The position numbers and the translations under genes are program-made. Of a stretch of DNA of 64,000 nucleotides, positions 27,401 to 38,992 are shown in pieces (within the stretch, counting starts at the first letter, position 1; every line of letters starts with the position of its first letter). Under the pieces are notes generated by a model, which was not told where the DNA came from, ran no database searches, and saw only the letters and a list, made by a program, of their open reading frames with translations. The stretch is taken from positions 42,346,001-42,410,000 of the forward strand of contig NC_045138.2 of NCBI RefSeq assembly GCF_008831285.2. Reading direction: 5' to 3'. This DNA comes from Nymphaea colorata. Taxonomy: Eukaryota.

Positions 27401-29249
27401 AGAACAAGAGGGTAATTGTATGTTTGGACAGGTGTATTCCAGGAGAAGAGCTTGTACTGAAAAAGTGATTAATGATGAGGAGGTTACACCGAATCCCAAT
27501 CCTACTTCTTCCTTGGATGATCCAAGTCGTGTTCAGAAGCAAGATGTTGGATGAGAAATTCAGGTTGGAAAAGAAAAGGAGGATCTTCCTATTGCCTTGA
27601 GAAAGGCTGTCAGGTCATGTACCCAGCACCCTATTGGTAACTTCGTATCTTACTCTAGATTGAGCACTGACTATAAATGTTTTGTATCCTCCTTGGCTAT
27701 GGTTGTGATTCTTAGGAATGCTACAGAGGCTCAGGGTGACACTAAGTGGTCTCATGCAATGAAAGAAGAGATAGAAGCTTTAGACAGAAATCAGACATGG
27801 GAGGTGGTTGATATTCTTGAAGCAGCCCACTTGGTTGGGTCGAAGTGGGTCTACACTGTTAAGTACAAACCAGATGGAAACATTGAGAGGTACAAAACAC
27901 GATTGGTGGCCAAGGGGTTCAGTCAGAAATATGGGATCGACTACTTAGAGACGTTTGCTCCAGTTGCAAAGATGAAGACTGTTAGACTTATTATTTCCTT
28001 GGCGGTGCTGAAGGGTTGGGAGATGTGCCAACTTGATGTGAAAAATACCTTTCTCAATGGAGATCTCGAAGAGGAGGTGTACATGTGCATGCCACCAGGT
28101 TTTGAGAAACCTGGAAAATGCTGTAAATTGAAGAAAGCTTTGTATGGGCTGAAACAGTCTCCCCGAGCATGGTTTGAACGGCTCAGACTTGTTATGAAGA
28201 AACATGGCTATAAACAAGGAAATGGAGATCATACCCTGTTTGTAAAGAGAAGAGAGAGTAAAGTTACTCTACTATTGGTTTATGTTGATGATATGTTTGT
28301 TACAGGTGATGATAAGGAAGAGATAGCAAGATTAAAGGGTTTACTATTTACTGAATTTGATCTAAAAGATCTTGGTAAGCTGAAGTATTTCCTTGGTATT
28401 GAAATTGCTAGATCAGGTACAACTCTTGTACTTAGTCAAAGGAAGTATACCCTGGATCTACTGAAGGAGACAAAAAAACTGGGGTGCAGACCAGCCTCTA
28501 CTCCTATAGATGTTGGGCATAAACTTGGTAGCAAAGATGGAGAACTGTTGTGTGAAGAAGCTAAAGGGAGATATCAACGTCTAGTTGGCAAACTGATTTA
28601 TCTCACTCTGACTAGACCTGATATCACATTTGCTGTAAATGTGATGAGCCAGTTCATGCATGCACCTACAGATATGCACTTGAAGGCGGTAGATAGAATT
28701 CTGTGCTACTTGAAGAAGAATCCCGGGAAGGGACTTCTATATGTGCAACAAAGATCTATTGAAGTTGAAGGGTATTCTGATGTAGACTAGGCAGGCTGTG
28801 TCGACACCAGCAGATCTACTTCAGGGTACTGCATCTACTTGGGGGGAAATTTAGTTGTTTGGAGAAGCAAGAGACAAGATGTGTGTTCTCGCTCGAGTGC
28901 AGAGGCTGAATATAGGGCTGTGGCTACTGGGGTATCAGAATTGTTATGGCTGAAGATCTTACTGACAGATATTGGAATAGAGATTGAAGGGCCTATGAGG
29001 ATGTATTGTGATAATAAGTCTGCAATTAACTTGGCTAACAACCCGGTTCTTCATGATCGAACAAAGCATGTGGAGATTGACCGTCACTTCATCCGAGAAA
29101 GAATTGATGCTAAGGAATTAACGCTACCATACATGAAGTCTGAAGACCAAACTGCTGATATCCTAACCAAGGCCTTAAGTGTAACTCCGTTTGAGAGAAA
29201 TGTATCCAAGTTGGGCATGTTTGATATGTATGCCCAACTTGAGGGGGAG

Positions 29250-29488
29250 TGTTGACGGGTTTTGTTGTCCAGGTCCGGATCCTTACCCGATCCGGTTTGT
29301 CCTAATTAGGACTACTTATATCTCTGTAAACCCTAATCTTAGTGTTAATGAAGTTTTGAAGAGAGAGAGGTCTGGAAGCTAGTGGGTACCAGACCTCCTC
29401 ACCCGTGGTTTTTCTTCCCTCGCGTTGAGAGTTTTCCACGTTACATCTATGTGCTTTCTTCTACTCTCGTGCATATTTTGTTTCTACA
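29250..29488 (+). repeat. 3' LTR of young copia
   Basis: TG...CA; preceded by PPT; followed by TSD gggat. Confidence 0.97.
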
Positions 29489-32259
29489 GGGATAATATCA
29501 TCATTGCTCATGAGGTTATTCAAGGTCTTAGTCATTTGCACTATCCCCCTGTTGGTCTAAAGCTGGACCTATCTAAGGCATATGACAAGCTTAATTGGAG
29601 ATTCCTCTATCGTGTTCTCCTTCACCTTAGATTTCACCACAATTGGGTTCAGAGGATCACATGTGTGTCCACTATGTCTATTTCAATTTTGATTAATGGT
29701 GCTAGAGGGGACTTCTTCTTGACATCTAGAAGAATTCGGCAAGGTGACCCAATGTCTCCCTATCTTTTCATTGCCGCTATGAAAATTCTCCATCACAGAA
29801 TGGGCAAGCTTCATGAGGAGAAAAGGATCATTCCTCTTTCCTTCAGCTATGGAGTCAAGGCTCTCTTTTGTATTATACATGCTGACGATCTGCTTTGTTT
29901 CTCTACGGTGAATATTACATCTATTTCTCATATTCGTAGAGCATTTCAGGAGTTTTCCTTGGATTTAGAACTCTCAATCAATATTTCAAAATTGAACATG
30001 TTATTCTTCCATGTAGGCAGTGTTCAACAAGAAAGGCTCTACGATAGGAGCTGCTTTGTGCTTCCCACCACCTAACTGAGAATCTCGCTCTTTTTGGGCA
30101 ATATGATGGTTCGCCTCTGTGAGTCACTTTTTGGTCAAAGCTCTAAAAGACTCACTGGTTGGAAAAGTCAACTTTTATCCTATGTAAGTAGACTTTGGCT
30201 CCTTAAATCGGTTATTTCGCAACTGATTGAATATTGGATATTTGTCATGCCTGTCCTACTAAATGTCCTGAAGTCCATTGAAAGGAAGATGTCTAATTTC
30301 TTATGGAATGACTGGCCTAAAAACAGTTGTCCACACTTCATTTTATGGAATCAATTGTGTAGGCCTTATGACCAAGGGGGCATTTCTATTAACTCTCTTT
30401 CTATTATGAATAAAGCAGCCATGTTATGGCTTCTGGGTTGCATTCCTGTGTGTACTATGGAAGAACATGTTCAAGCATTGGTCTGAGAATAGAGATGATT
30501 TTCAATGGGAGGTCTCTAATTGTTGTCAGGTTCATTTTTTGGGTGGAAAAATGGGGCCCCACTATCCTTATTGATGAAGTCGACTCAAGATCCATGATTT
30601 AATCTACCCTAATTCTGGTGTCATGAATCATCAAATGCTCAATCCTTCTAACGTTATGCTCTGGTCAGGGCTTTTGTCAGAGTTCATCTCAGCTAGGCTT
30701 CACAGTCTCAATATTGATGTGAAATCTAGGCCTGATCATTTAAGTTGGAATGGCAAATAATTTCATAACCTGTCAAGAAGGCATTTTACATTTTAGAAGC
30801 CATTTGTCCTCTTGGCATCTCACAAGGTTGGCGTGAGCTCATCCGGTGCTCCTTCTATCACCCCAAATGTAGGTGGATGCTATACCTATTATGTAAGTCT
30901 TGGTTGCCCACCCAAAACAGGCTTTGACAAATTGGTTATCTCCTCCTCATCCAATGTCTTCTCTGCAAATGCCAAGAAGAAAGCTTCATTCATCTATTTT
31001 TTGGTTGTAAGTTCTCCTCAAATTTTGTTTTTTTGTTGCTAAGAAATTCAACAAATCCAGGATTTCCCATCTGGACTTAATTTATGAACTTAGGAAATGG
31101 AACGATGCATTTTTTAAGAGAGGCTGGATAGGGCAATGCAGAAGCTCATTTTCCCCACAACCATTGAGAAGATCTGGTTACTTAGGAACGAGGCCTTGCA
31201 CTTGGACAAAACTTTCACTATTGGCCAGTTTTCTAAATTGGTGTGGTCATCCTGGATGGAGCCAATTTTGTTTATTGACTAGAAAGCTTACTCTAAAGAA
31301 GTTGAATTCTGGATTAACTTTGACATCCAATGTGGTCCTTGGCTCTCCCTAGCAGTTTCGTTTACTTCATCCATATCCTCTCCATTTTGTTCTCCTCCAA
31401 GCAGATCATTGGAACCATCATTGGAAGAGATTCTTTCGTAGGGCTATTGTAGCTCAACATTCAGCTCACTCGATTCTCTCAGCCTTCATTTTCATCAAAC
31501 TAAGGACTCCCAATATTTTCATCTTGAATGACCACGTCCCTTTTTAGATAGTGAATATCCTTATTCCTCTAATGTGTGGTGTTGTTCATTAGCTCCCCTC
31601 TTTGGGTGCTTGCTAACTTTTGTAAGATCATTATGTAACGTCTCTACTAACACTCATTTTGTTATTTCCATAGAGTGTTTTTCTGTTGTTTCAGTAGTGA
31701 CATTCTATGTTTTTTCTTCTATACAACACATTTTTTTTCTAATAAAAGGCTTGAGGGTGCATTTTCCCCTTGCAGATTCATTTCGGAAGTTACCACCAGG
31801 ACTCAAAAGTTGAACATATCAAAAAAATTAATACTAGAATACTTAATGCATTCAGAAACAACTGAGAAGATTCATCAAGAGATCCTTCTTCATCACTGCC
31901 TTAAGAAGGAACTGGGATCCTCCACCTTTTGTCCTACTACAACAATCATCAAAACCCAACCAACCTCCATATGACAGCAACTGAGAAACACATGTTCTAA
32001 GATCTATAATGGAGCTAGTTGAACTAAGAGCTACACATAGCAGTCTCTCATTGAATTAAAATTACAACTCAAGTTATCCATCAACTTTTCAACACCTTAT
32101 CCAATGATTCTCTACACAATATCCCCAAGTAGCAAACACTTCCATGATTCAAACCAAACTTCTTCAATATTTCTGAAAACATGAATTCTTTGTTCTAAAT
32201 CCCTAGACCTGCAGAGCCCCTCAAGAATAAAAAAGGGGATGACTTATAATGAGGGATAA

Positions 32260-33395
32260 TTCTAAGTTAAACTCATTGGATTGACTATATTTGAAAGTAC
32301 AATTGACGTAAATTCTGTTCATATTATTACATGCTTGTGATTATAATAATTTAAATGAAAGACTATAGATGTAATTGTCAGTTAAGAGCTTAAACTCATT
32401 GGATGAACTCTAATGGGCAAGCAAAAGACTTAAATCCCATTTTTATCATTTTGTACTTGTTATTATAATCATTTAAATAAGTCTACATTGAAGTAATTAC
32501 AAGTTAAACTCATTGGATAAACCACATTTGGGTAAATGATAGACTTAAATATAATTTGTTTCATTATGTATTTGTGATTATAATAACTTAAATGAATCCC
32601 TATAAATGCAAACTTATTAGATGAACTACAATTAAGCAAACAAATAACTTGAAGCTCATTTGTCTAATTACATATTTGTGATTACATTCATTCAGATACA
32701 TCTCTATATGTTTAATTAAAAGTTAAACTCATGGAATGAGCTACAATTGAGTAAACAAAGAACATAAATCCCATTCTTATCATTACATACTTGTGATTAT
32801 AATCTTTTAACTAAATCTTTGTTGATTGAATACATGACAAACTTGAATATAGTTTGTATTGTTATGTACTTATGATGATAATCATTTAAATGAATGTCTC
32901 AAGACGTAATTATAAGTTAATCTTATTAGTTGAATTATGAGTGAGCAAACGAAGGACCTAAATCTAGTTTGTATCATTACATACTTGTGATTATAATAAT
33001 TGAAATGAAACTTTATTAATATAATTACAAGTTAAACTCATTTGATGAACTACAATTAAGCAAACGATGAACTTAAATCACATTTTTATCATTAAGTACT
33101 TGTGAAATTACAATCATTTAATTGAATCTCTAAGACGTAATTGCAAGATGAACACATTGGATGAACTATAATTGAATTAGTCAACTTAAACATATATCGT
33201 ATCATTACTTGTGGTTATAATTATTTAAATGAATCCTTATAGATATACAAGTTAAACTCATTAGATGAACTATAACTGAGCAAACAAATACCTAAACATC
33301 ATTTATATCATTATATATTTGTGATTGTAATCTTTTACATGAATATCTATATATGTAAATACAAGTTAAAATAATTAGATAATTGTAATTAAAAA
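32260..33395 (-). repeat. Tandem array of the same ~115-bp monomer in reverse orientation, ~10 copies
   Basis: Recurring caagttaaactcattggatgaactataattgagcaaac-like motif, the reverse complement of the 16575-20180 monomer. Confidence 0.93.
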
Positions 33396-33399
33396 ATGA

Positions 33400-36085
33400 T
33401 TCCTTCAACACATATCCATCATGCTCCCAAATGTAAACTTGATCAGGAAAACTCTCTCGTAGTGCAATAACTAGGTATGCAATGTTGTTTCAAGAGTTGA
33501 TCACCGATTGAAAAATTGGTTGATCCAGCTTAGTGAGCCTAAACACACATCCACCATACTATTACTCTACAACATTCATGAAAATGAGCCAAATATTCTT
33601 CCTCGATTGATTCATTGCTAGCAAAGCATCCTCCACGTCTTGTTATCATACTAAATGATAGAGCGTCCACATCACCTGTGATATGACGACATAATAACAA
33701 TATCCACAAATTGATAGTGATAACATAATAACAAGATCAACTACTATTACAACAGTAGAATAACAAAACAACAAAGGTAAAAAGTATTGATAGGAAAGAG
33801 AACTACAAAAGAAGGTAAGGAATTTAACAATGTCTATAAATAACAAATTGTTGTCAAAAATAGAGCATATTTGACAATGATAGAACCAATAAAATAACAT
33901 ATAAAGCAAGAAGATCAACATGTATGACAACAAATTAACAATTGAACTGCCATATCAAGCAAGAGTTTGATGATGTACCTCATTTTCTACAGTCTATCAA
34001 AACAACCTTCCTCTAGCCAAACCTTTTGTATTCTTTCTTCTTTGCTCATTTCTATTTCTTGAACTTGGTAATTGCATAAATGTTAGGTAACCACCCCAAA
34101 GCAAGAGCAGGGATATGTTTCTACATAAAAACTTACACCATACACAACAGCTTAAGTAACCTGAATACAAAATAATAAACAAAGTAATATAGTAATTTAC
34201 TTGCACAATTGGTCTGAAACCACTTGTGCATTTATTTGTTTGTGCCCTACACATTTGGTTGTAAAAATGGGCTAGTGCAACTGCACCCCATGCATAATAA
34301 TCCACCTCTTTAAGGATCTCAAGGAATTCCATGATATTTGCATTTATGCTCCCTTCAAAAATGTCACAAAATAAGTAATGCCAAAGAAGAACAATATAAA
34401 ACTGGACCGCTCCCTATCAGCCATTGGACTTGAGCTTGTTCCAGGGATTTTAAACCAGGTTTATTCTCGTGTAAACCAATTTTAGTGGAACTGGTAATAT
34501 CAGTCTTCACAAACTTTGCCCAAAAATGCCGACATCTTTCATTGTGATAATTATTTTAAAGTCATTGAACTAGTACATATTGATATATGGATCCTGAAAT
34601 TGGGATAAAAAATATCAACTTTGATTATCAATCTTAAATTGCTTTCTGTTCATAATGCCACCAAAATATATGGCTCTTAATTGCTGTTTCTAAAATTTGA
34701 CTAGCTTTGAGTATGACTACTGCCCCATGGGTTAGTTGATTTAGACATGAAAAAGGCTATGCACCTGCAGCCACAAGAAGGTGAAGAGAATGCATTTTCA
34801 CATTACTATACATAAGCTTAGCTCAAATACCAGTGACATAGTACACAAACAACAAAACAAAACAAACTTAGGTGGTATTATTGGAAAAAATGACAGAAAT
34901 ATAGCAAACATGTTAAAATAAGTAGCAAAAGAGACGTGCCACCTATTGAGGAGAAAAAATGTCAATTGCACAAAAATGCTATTAGCAGAGCATAGTTAAG
35001 TCATCGTACCTGCTCTTATTCACACTCTACCATATGGCCCTTGTTCTTCCTACCCTACCTTGAGTCCATGAATTCAACTTCCTCCTCATACGATGTCTCT
35101 TCATCCTCATCTTCTAGTCTTGCACATACTCATCTCCCTTATCAATATTTTCCTCATTCTCGTCTTCCTCATCCTCCAAATGCAAAACTTGTTTTGTAGT
35201 TTTATTGTACTTCTTCTCTTCCTCTACCCTTTTATTATATTTTATTTCCTCCGCACGAAAGTCGCTTTATCTCAAAGCCTTGTTAAATTGTTCAAGAAGT
35301 TCTTTGAACTCTTCTTTGCTTGTGGAGGCTGATGATGATACTATTCCATTGGCCTACACAATTGCATTTGATTATATGTCCGGCTCGAGGGATGCCAATT
35401 TCTTACATGCTATAGATGGAGAGCACATCTGCCCCTCTGGATGTTTATCTACTCTAACATGTTCCACCACGTCTGTTCCTTTGCAAGCTTCATAGCCTCA
35501 TTTGTTGGCAATAGGTACTTTTGAGCTTTTTTTACGGTGTTTCTATAGGTAGATAATTGCTGGCAACATGGAAAATTGTTGTGTCAATTTTCACAACAGC
35601 TCTTGGTTTGAAGGATAGGTGTTTCTTGCATTCAGATATGGCTCATAGTACTTAGCAGGTGCATCAATTGAACATCTAAATCATCTTAGGTGAGGTTGTC
35701 AAACTTGTCAACAATTCCAACTTCTCTCATTGGCTTTGGCAGCTCCCTTGATGGTGTTGGTTTTGGCATATCTTTTTTTGCTTGCTTCTGAGCCTCTTTC
35801 TTCAACAATTGTTGCTTCTATGAGTTCACAATTGCTGGCAATAGTAAGGGTTTCTGTGTTTTGATTTGCATAACGCATGCATGTTCAAAGTGTGAGGTTT
35901 TCTTGCTATTGACAGCAGGATATGGCTCACAGTACTTCGTTGGTACTTCAATTGTACATTAAAACTCACCCCAGGTGAGGCCATCAATCTCGTCTCTAAT
36001 GGCTTCCTTGGTGGTTTTGGTTTTGTTTTTGCTTTGGTTGATTGAGGGTGGGAAATCACCACTTCACTCTCCTTGTCGACACCAT
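33400..36085 (-). pseudogene. Decayed plant mobile domain (PMD / MAIN-like) gene, probably transposon-borne
   Basis: LFCDIFEGSINANIMEFLEILKEVDYYAWGAVALAHFYNQMCRA...SGFRPIVQ|gt at 34201 resembles the PMD core (YSWGSA.LA.LY..LC.A...G...LLQ|VW). Acidic N-terminal stretch ~35060-35180. Frameshifts and stops. A further exon may lie at ~31850-32207. Confidence 0.65.
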
Positions 36086-36109
36086 AGTAAGTAAGGAAGA
36101 GAAATCAAG

Positions 36110-36192
36110 ATGCAAGTTGTAGAAGTATCTCACTATTCAACTAGAAACCCAATGCAAGTTGTAGAAATATCTCACTATTCAACTAGAAACCC
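36110..36192 (+). repeat. 42-bp tandem duplication
   Basis: atgcaagttgtagaa(g/a)tatctcactattcaactagaaaccc twice. Confidence 0.9.
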
Positions 36193-37452
36193 TTCTCCAA
36201 AACCTGTTCTCGCGACAACGTAGATTAAAAGCCTTCACTAAACTGCTGATTCAACAGGAAGGCTTCACCATGCTTTTGGGGAACACAATCAAACTGAAAG
36301 AGATTAAATACAAACTCCACAGACAGAGAGGTCAGATGGTTCGAATTGATGGATTGTAGCTCAGGGACATATTCACAATTATACGAATACGAAAGAAGAT
36401 GGAAGGTATTCATCATTCGATTTTTGAGTGAGTTTTTTGTCACCTGAGGTATCAGCAGTTCTTTTCTTTTGTTTGAGAGGGAAAGTATCGTCCTTAGCCA
36501 AGGGACTGGTTAGTGGGTCCCATTTGCAGGATCCACCATTATAACATGTGTCATCAGGGAGGGTCCATTGGATTCGGAAGTTTTCGAGAATCTTCATATT
36601 CAATCGCTTTCATGCCCCTAACACTCTCATTGCTCATCGCATTCTTCTGCCATCGTCTTCTTGGCCATTATGAGCGGCCAAGGAATACCAAACATCATAC
36701 CGACAAACATTGCTCTCTTACTCAAATGACCCGTCACTATGGTCCTTTGGTTGACCTTTCTTAGACCCAGATATATTATTACAGTTGTTGGCATTAGACT
36801 CCTTCAATTGGCACCCACAAGGACATCTTCCCACATTTGGAAACGTTGGTCATGCAACTTCAAATCAACAATATGTCCTTAGCTAACTTTCTATCACAAT
36901 ATAATAACCCATAAGGCTTGTTTTCAGTCAACTAGATCTATCAAGCTGTCAGGCCTCTCTGGCCTAACTGGCTTCCTACTTCAATTTGTGGTGCGGCTGC
37001 TCCTGCAAGGACTTGCCTCTTAGCCTGCAGCTTTGTCAACCTCCAAAGAGTATATATAAACTGATCAAGAGGCCCCTCAGCGATCCTGTATTTGGCTAGC
37101 AAGTTGATGCCCTCTTTGTCGATCACAACAGGAGTTCTCCATGCGTCTATTTTAAGACTCCTCTCTAGCACAAGTTGTTCGTTTAACTTGGAAGTATGTA
37201 ATATTGCTTGCTTTTCAACTCTATCTTTGTTTCATCGTCTCATTCAGGGCACAAAAAGCTAAGCAGAAGTAAAAAGTACTTTTCCTTTTTGGTTCACTCC
37301 TTGTCGGCTAAGACCCATGCAAATGTGTATTACATTCCCCTCCCCTTCTCCTCCCCCAACCTTTTCCTCTTTCTCCCCTGTTGTCTCGATAATCACACAA
37401 AGGCAAAGTATAGAGAGTAACAAAAAATGTAAATTGTAAGCAACTTTTTGTG

Positions 37453-38992
37453 GGTGAGGCTACCACGTCTCGAAGAATGGTCAAAGGCGTGCCAAGTAAA
37501 ATGGTCTCTTTCCATCTGCGCTCATGATGTAAATTGGGCCAAATTTTGCCACAAGAAATACGTTACTCCTAGGAGTTTATGGGTCATTAAGCCCAAAGCG
37601 AAACAATCTTGGTTTTTCAGAAACTGCATCATGTCTTGGTATCCTGTTAAGGGAAATGTTGTGTAGCAGATTGGTAGAGGTGAGATAAGCTATTGGTATG
37701 GTAATTGGGGAGGTCATGTTCTGGCTAATACTCTTTTAGAAGAAGAACTTTTATTTCTCCAAGAATCTAGAACAATGACCATCCAGCAAATTTTGGATTC
37801 TGATCTTTTCCTTGTTCCTCAATTCGGTGCAGTTCTTCGTAGGCTTCAAATGCCCAAACCTCAATTGGGAAGTGGTCTGGATGTTCTTCATTATGATGGG
37901 AGGTCTGCCCTTGAAGCGAAGGTGATAGATACCTGAGAGGATATTAGAGAGAAGTGGCCCATAGAAACTTGGAGGGAACTCATTTGGAACAAAGATGTTC
38001 ATCCTCGGGGCCGTTGGTTCACTTACATTGCTTTAAATGGTCATCTTCCTACTCAAGATAGACAAAAGAAGATGGGACTTTCCCTACCAAATAGATGTCC
38101 TATTTGCACTGTTGCTGGAGAATCAAATGGGCATGTGTTGCTGGAATGCCGCCTTGCTAGAAAAATATGGAATTTGGTCTCTAAAAAATTTGGAAAGAAA
38201 ATTTTGAGAGGAAGAAGTATCATTGATGAATTAAAGCGTTGGTACAATTGTAGCTTCAAGAGAGGTTGGGTCACTCGATGTTGGAGGATTTGCTTTCAAA
38301 CTGTAATTTGGTGTATATGGAAGTGGAGAAACAAGTGATTTCATGGGGGAGATAGCAGATCCGTAGATTTCATGAGCTCGCACACATGGTTGGATTGTGT
38401 CAACAGCTTTGCCACCCTCCTTGATAGCCGGCCAGAGGAACTTTTGGAAATGCGGTTTTGGACTAGTTTTTGGCATTCTTCCGGGCAAAGGGCTAACCAC
38501 TCATCCTAACCATGGAGCTATCCAAATAGCATCTAGGAAATCTAATGGTACTTGTTGGGTTGTGATTCAGGTCAATGGAGTCAAAGATGTTTTTGACGTT
38601 GATAATCCTTTTTGTCGTAGATCGATATCTCCTTTCCCTGAGACAGAAATGTTAGCTTGGACGCTTCTTCATTTTGACTTCAATTGTTGCTCACTCATTA
38701 TCATCAGTGCTAACAACAGGAAATGGAAACTCTGGCTTAGTTCTCTTATTGCAGGTAGAGGGCGAAATGGAGCTGCTCCCCAAATTGTGGTTAACAAAGT
38801 TCAACTTTTCCGCATCACAAATGAAAATCCAGATGTGCATACTCTTTCATTGCTGCCATTAGTTTGAGGTTCATTGTTTTCTCTTGTGCAAGTTGCAGCA
38901 ATTTTTGTTAATTCCCATGTAAATATTGTTTTTTGGCACCGTTGGATTAATAAAATTTATGGAGGAGTCCTCCAGTAGGTTTGATGCGGAAA
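37453..38992 (+). mobile_element. 5'-truncated LINE (ORF2 C-terminus, zf-RVT region)
   Basis: LPTQDRQKKMGLSLPNRCPICTVAGESNGHVLLEC...VIWCIWKWRN; AATAAA at 38949. Weak candidate TSD aagcaactttttgtg (37438-37452) / aagcatgtctttgtg (38999-39013). Confidence 0.85.

Larger units (their letters stand above)
24233..29488 (+). mobile_element. Young full-length Ty1/copia element (ORF disrupted)
   Basis: 239-bp TG...CA LTRs 24233-24471 and 29250-29488 (6 transitions by eye). TSD gggat. PBS tggtatcagagc 24472-24483. PPT gagggggag 29241-29249. PR WIVDSGATHHM, INT VHSDVWG, RT LVYVDD, RH RTKHVEIDRHF. Several stops and frameshifts. Confidence 0.97.
20908..31786 (+). mobile_element. Full-length degenerate LINE (L1-like), interrupted by copia 24233-29488
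   Basis: 15-bp TSD aagtcaccactagga (20893-20907) / aagttaccaccagga (31787-31801). ORF1 remnants; endonuclease LIGDFDAL; RT LKLDLSKAYDKLNW...RQGDPMSPYLF...HADDLL; AATAAA at 31741. Confidence 0.9.

Noticed and set aside
24946..29255. Young copia as an active autonomous element
   Set aside because: The polyprotein is broken by several stops and frameshifts (e.g. 25559, 26702, 27554, 28790).
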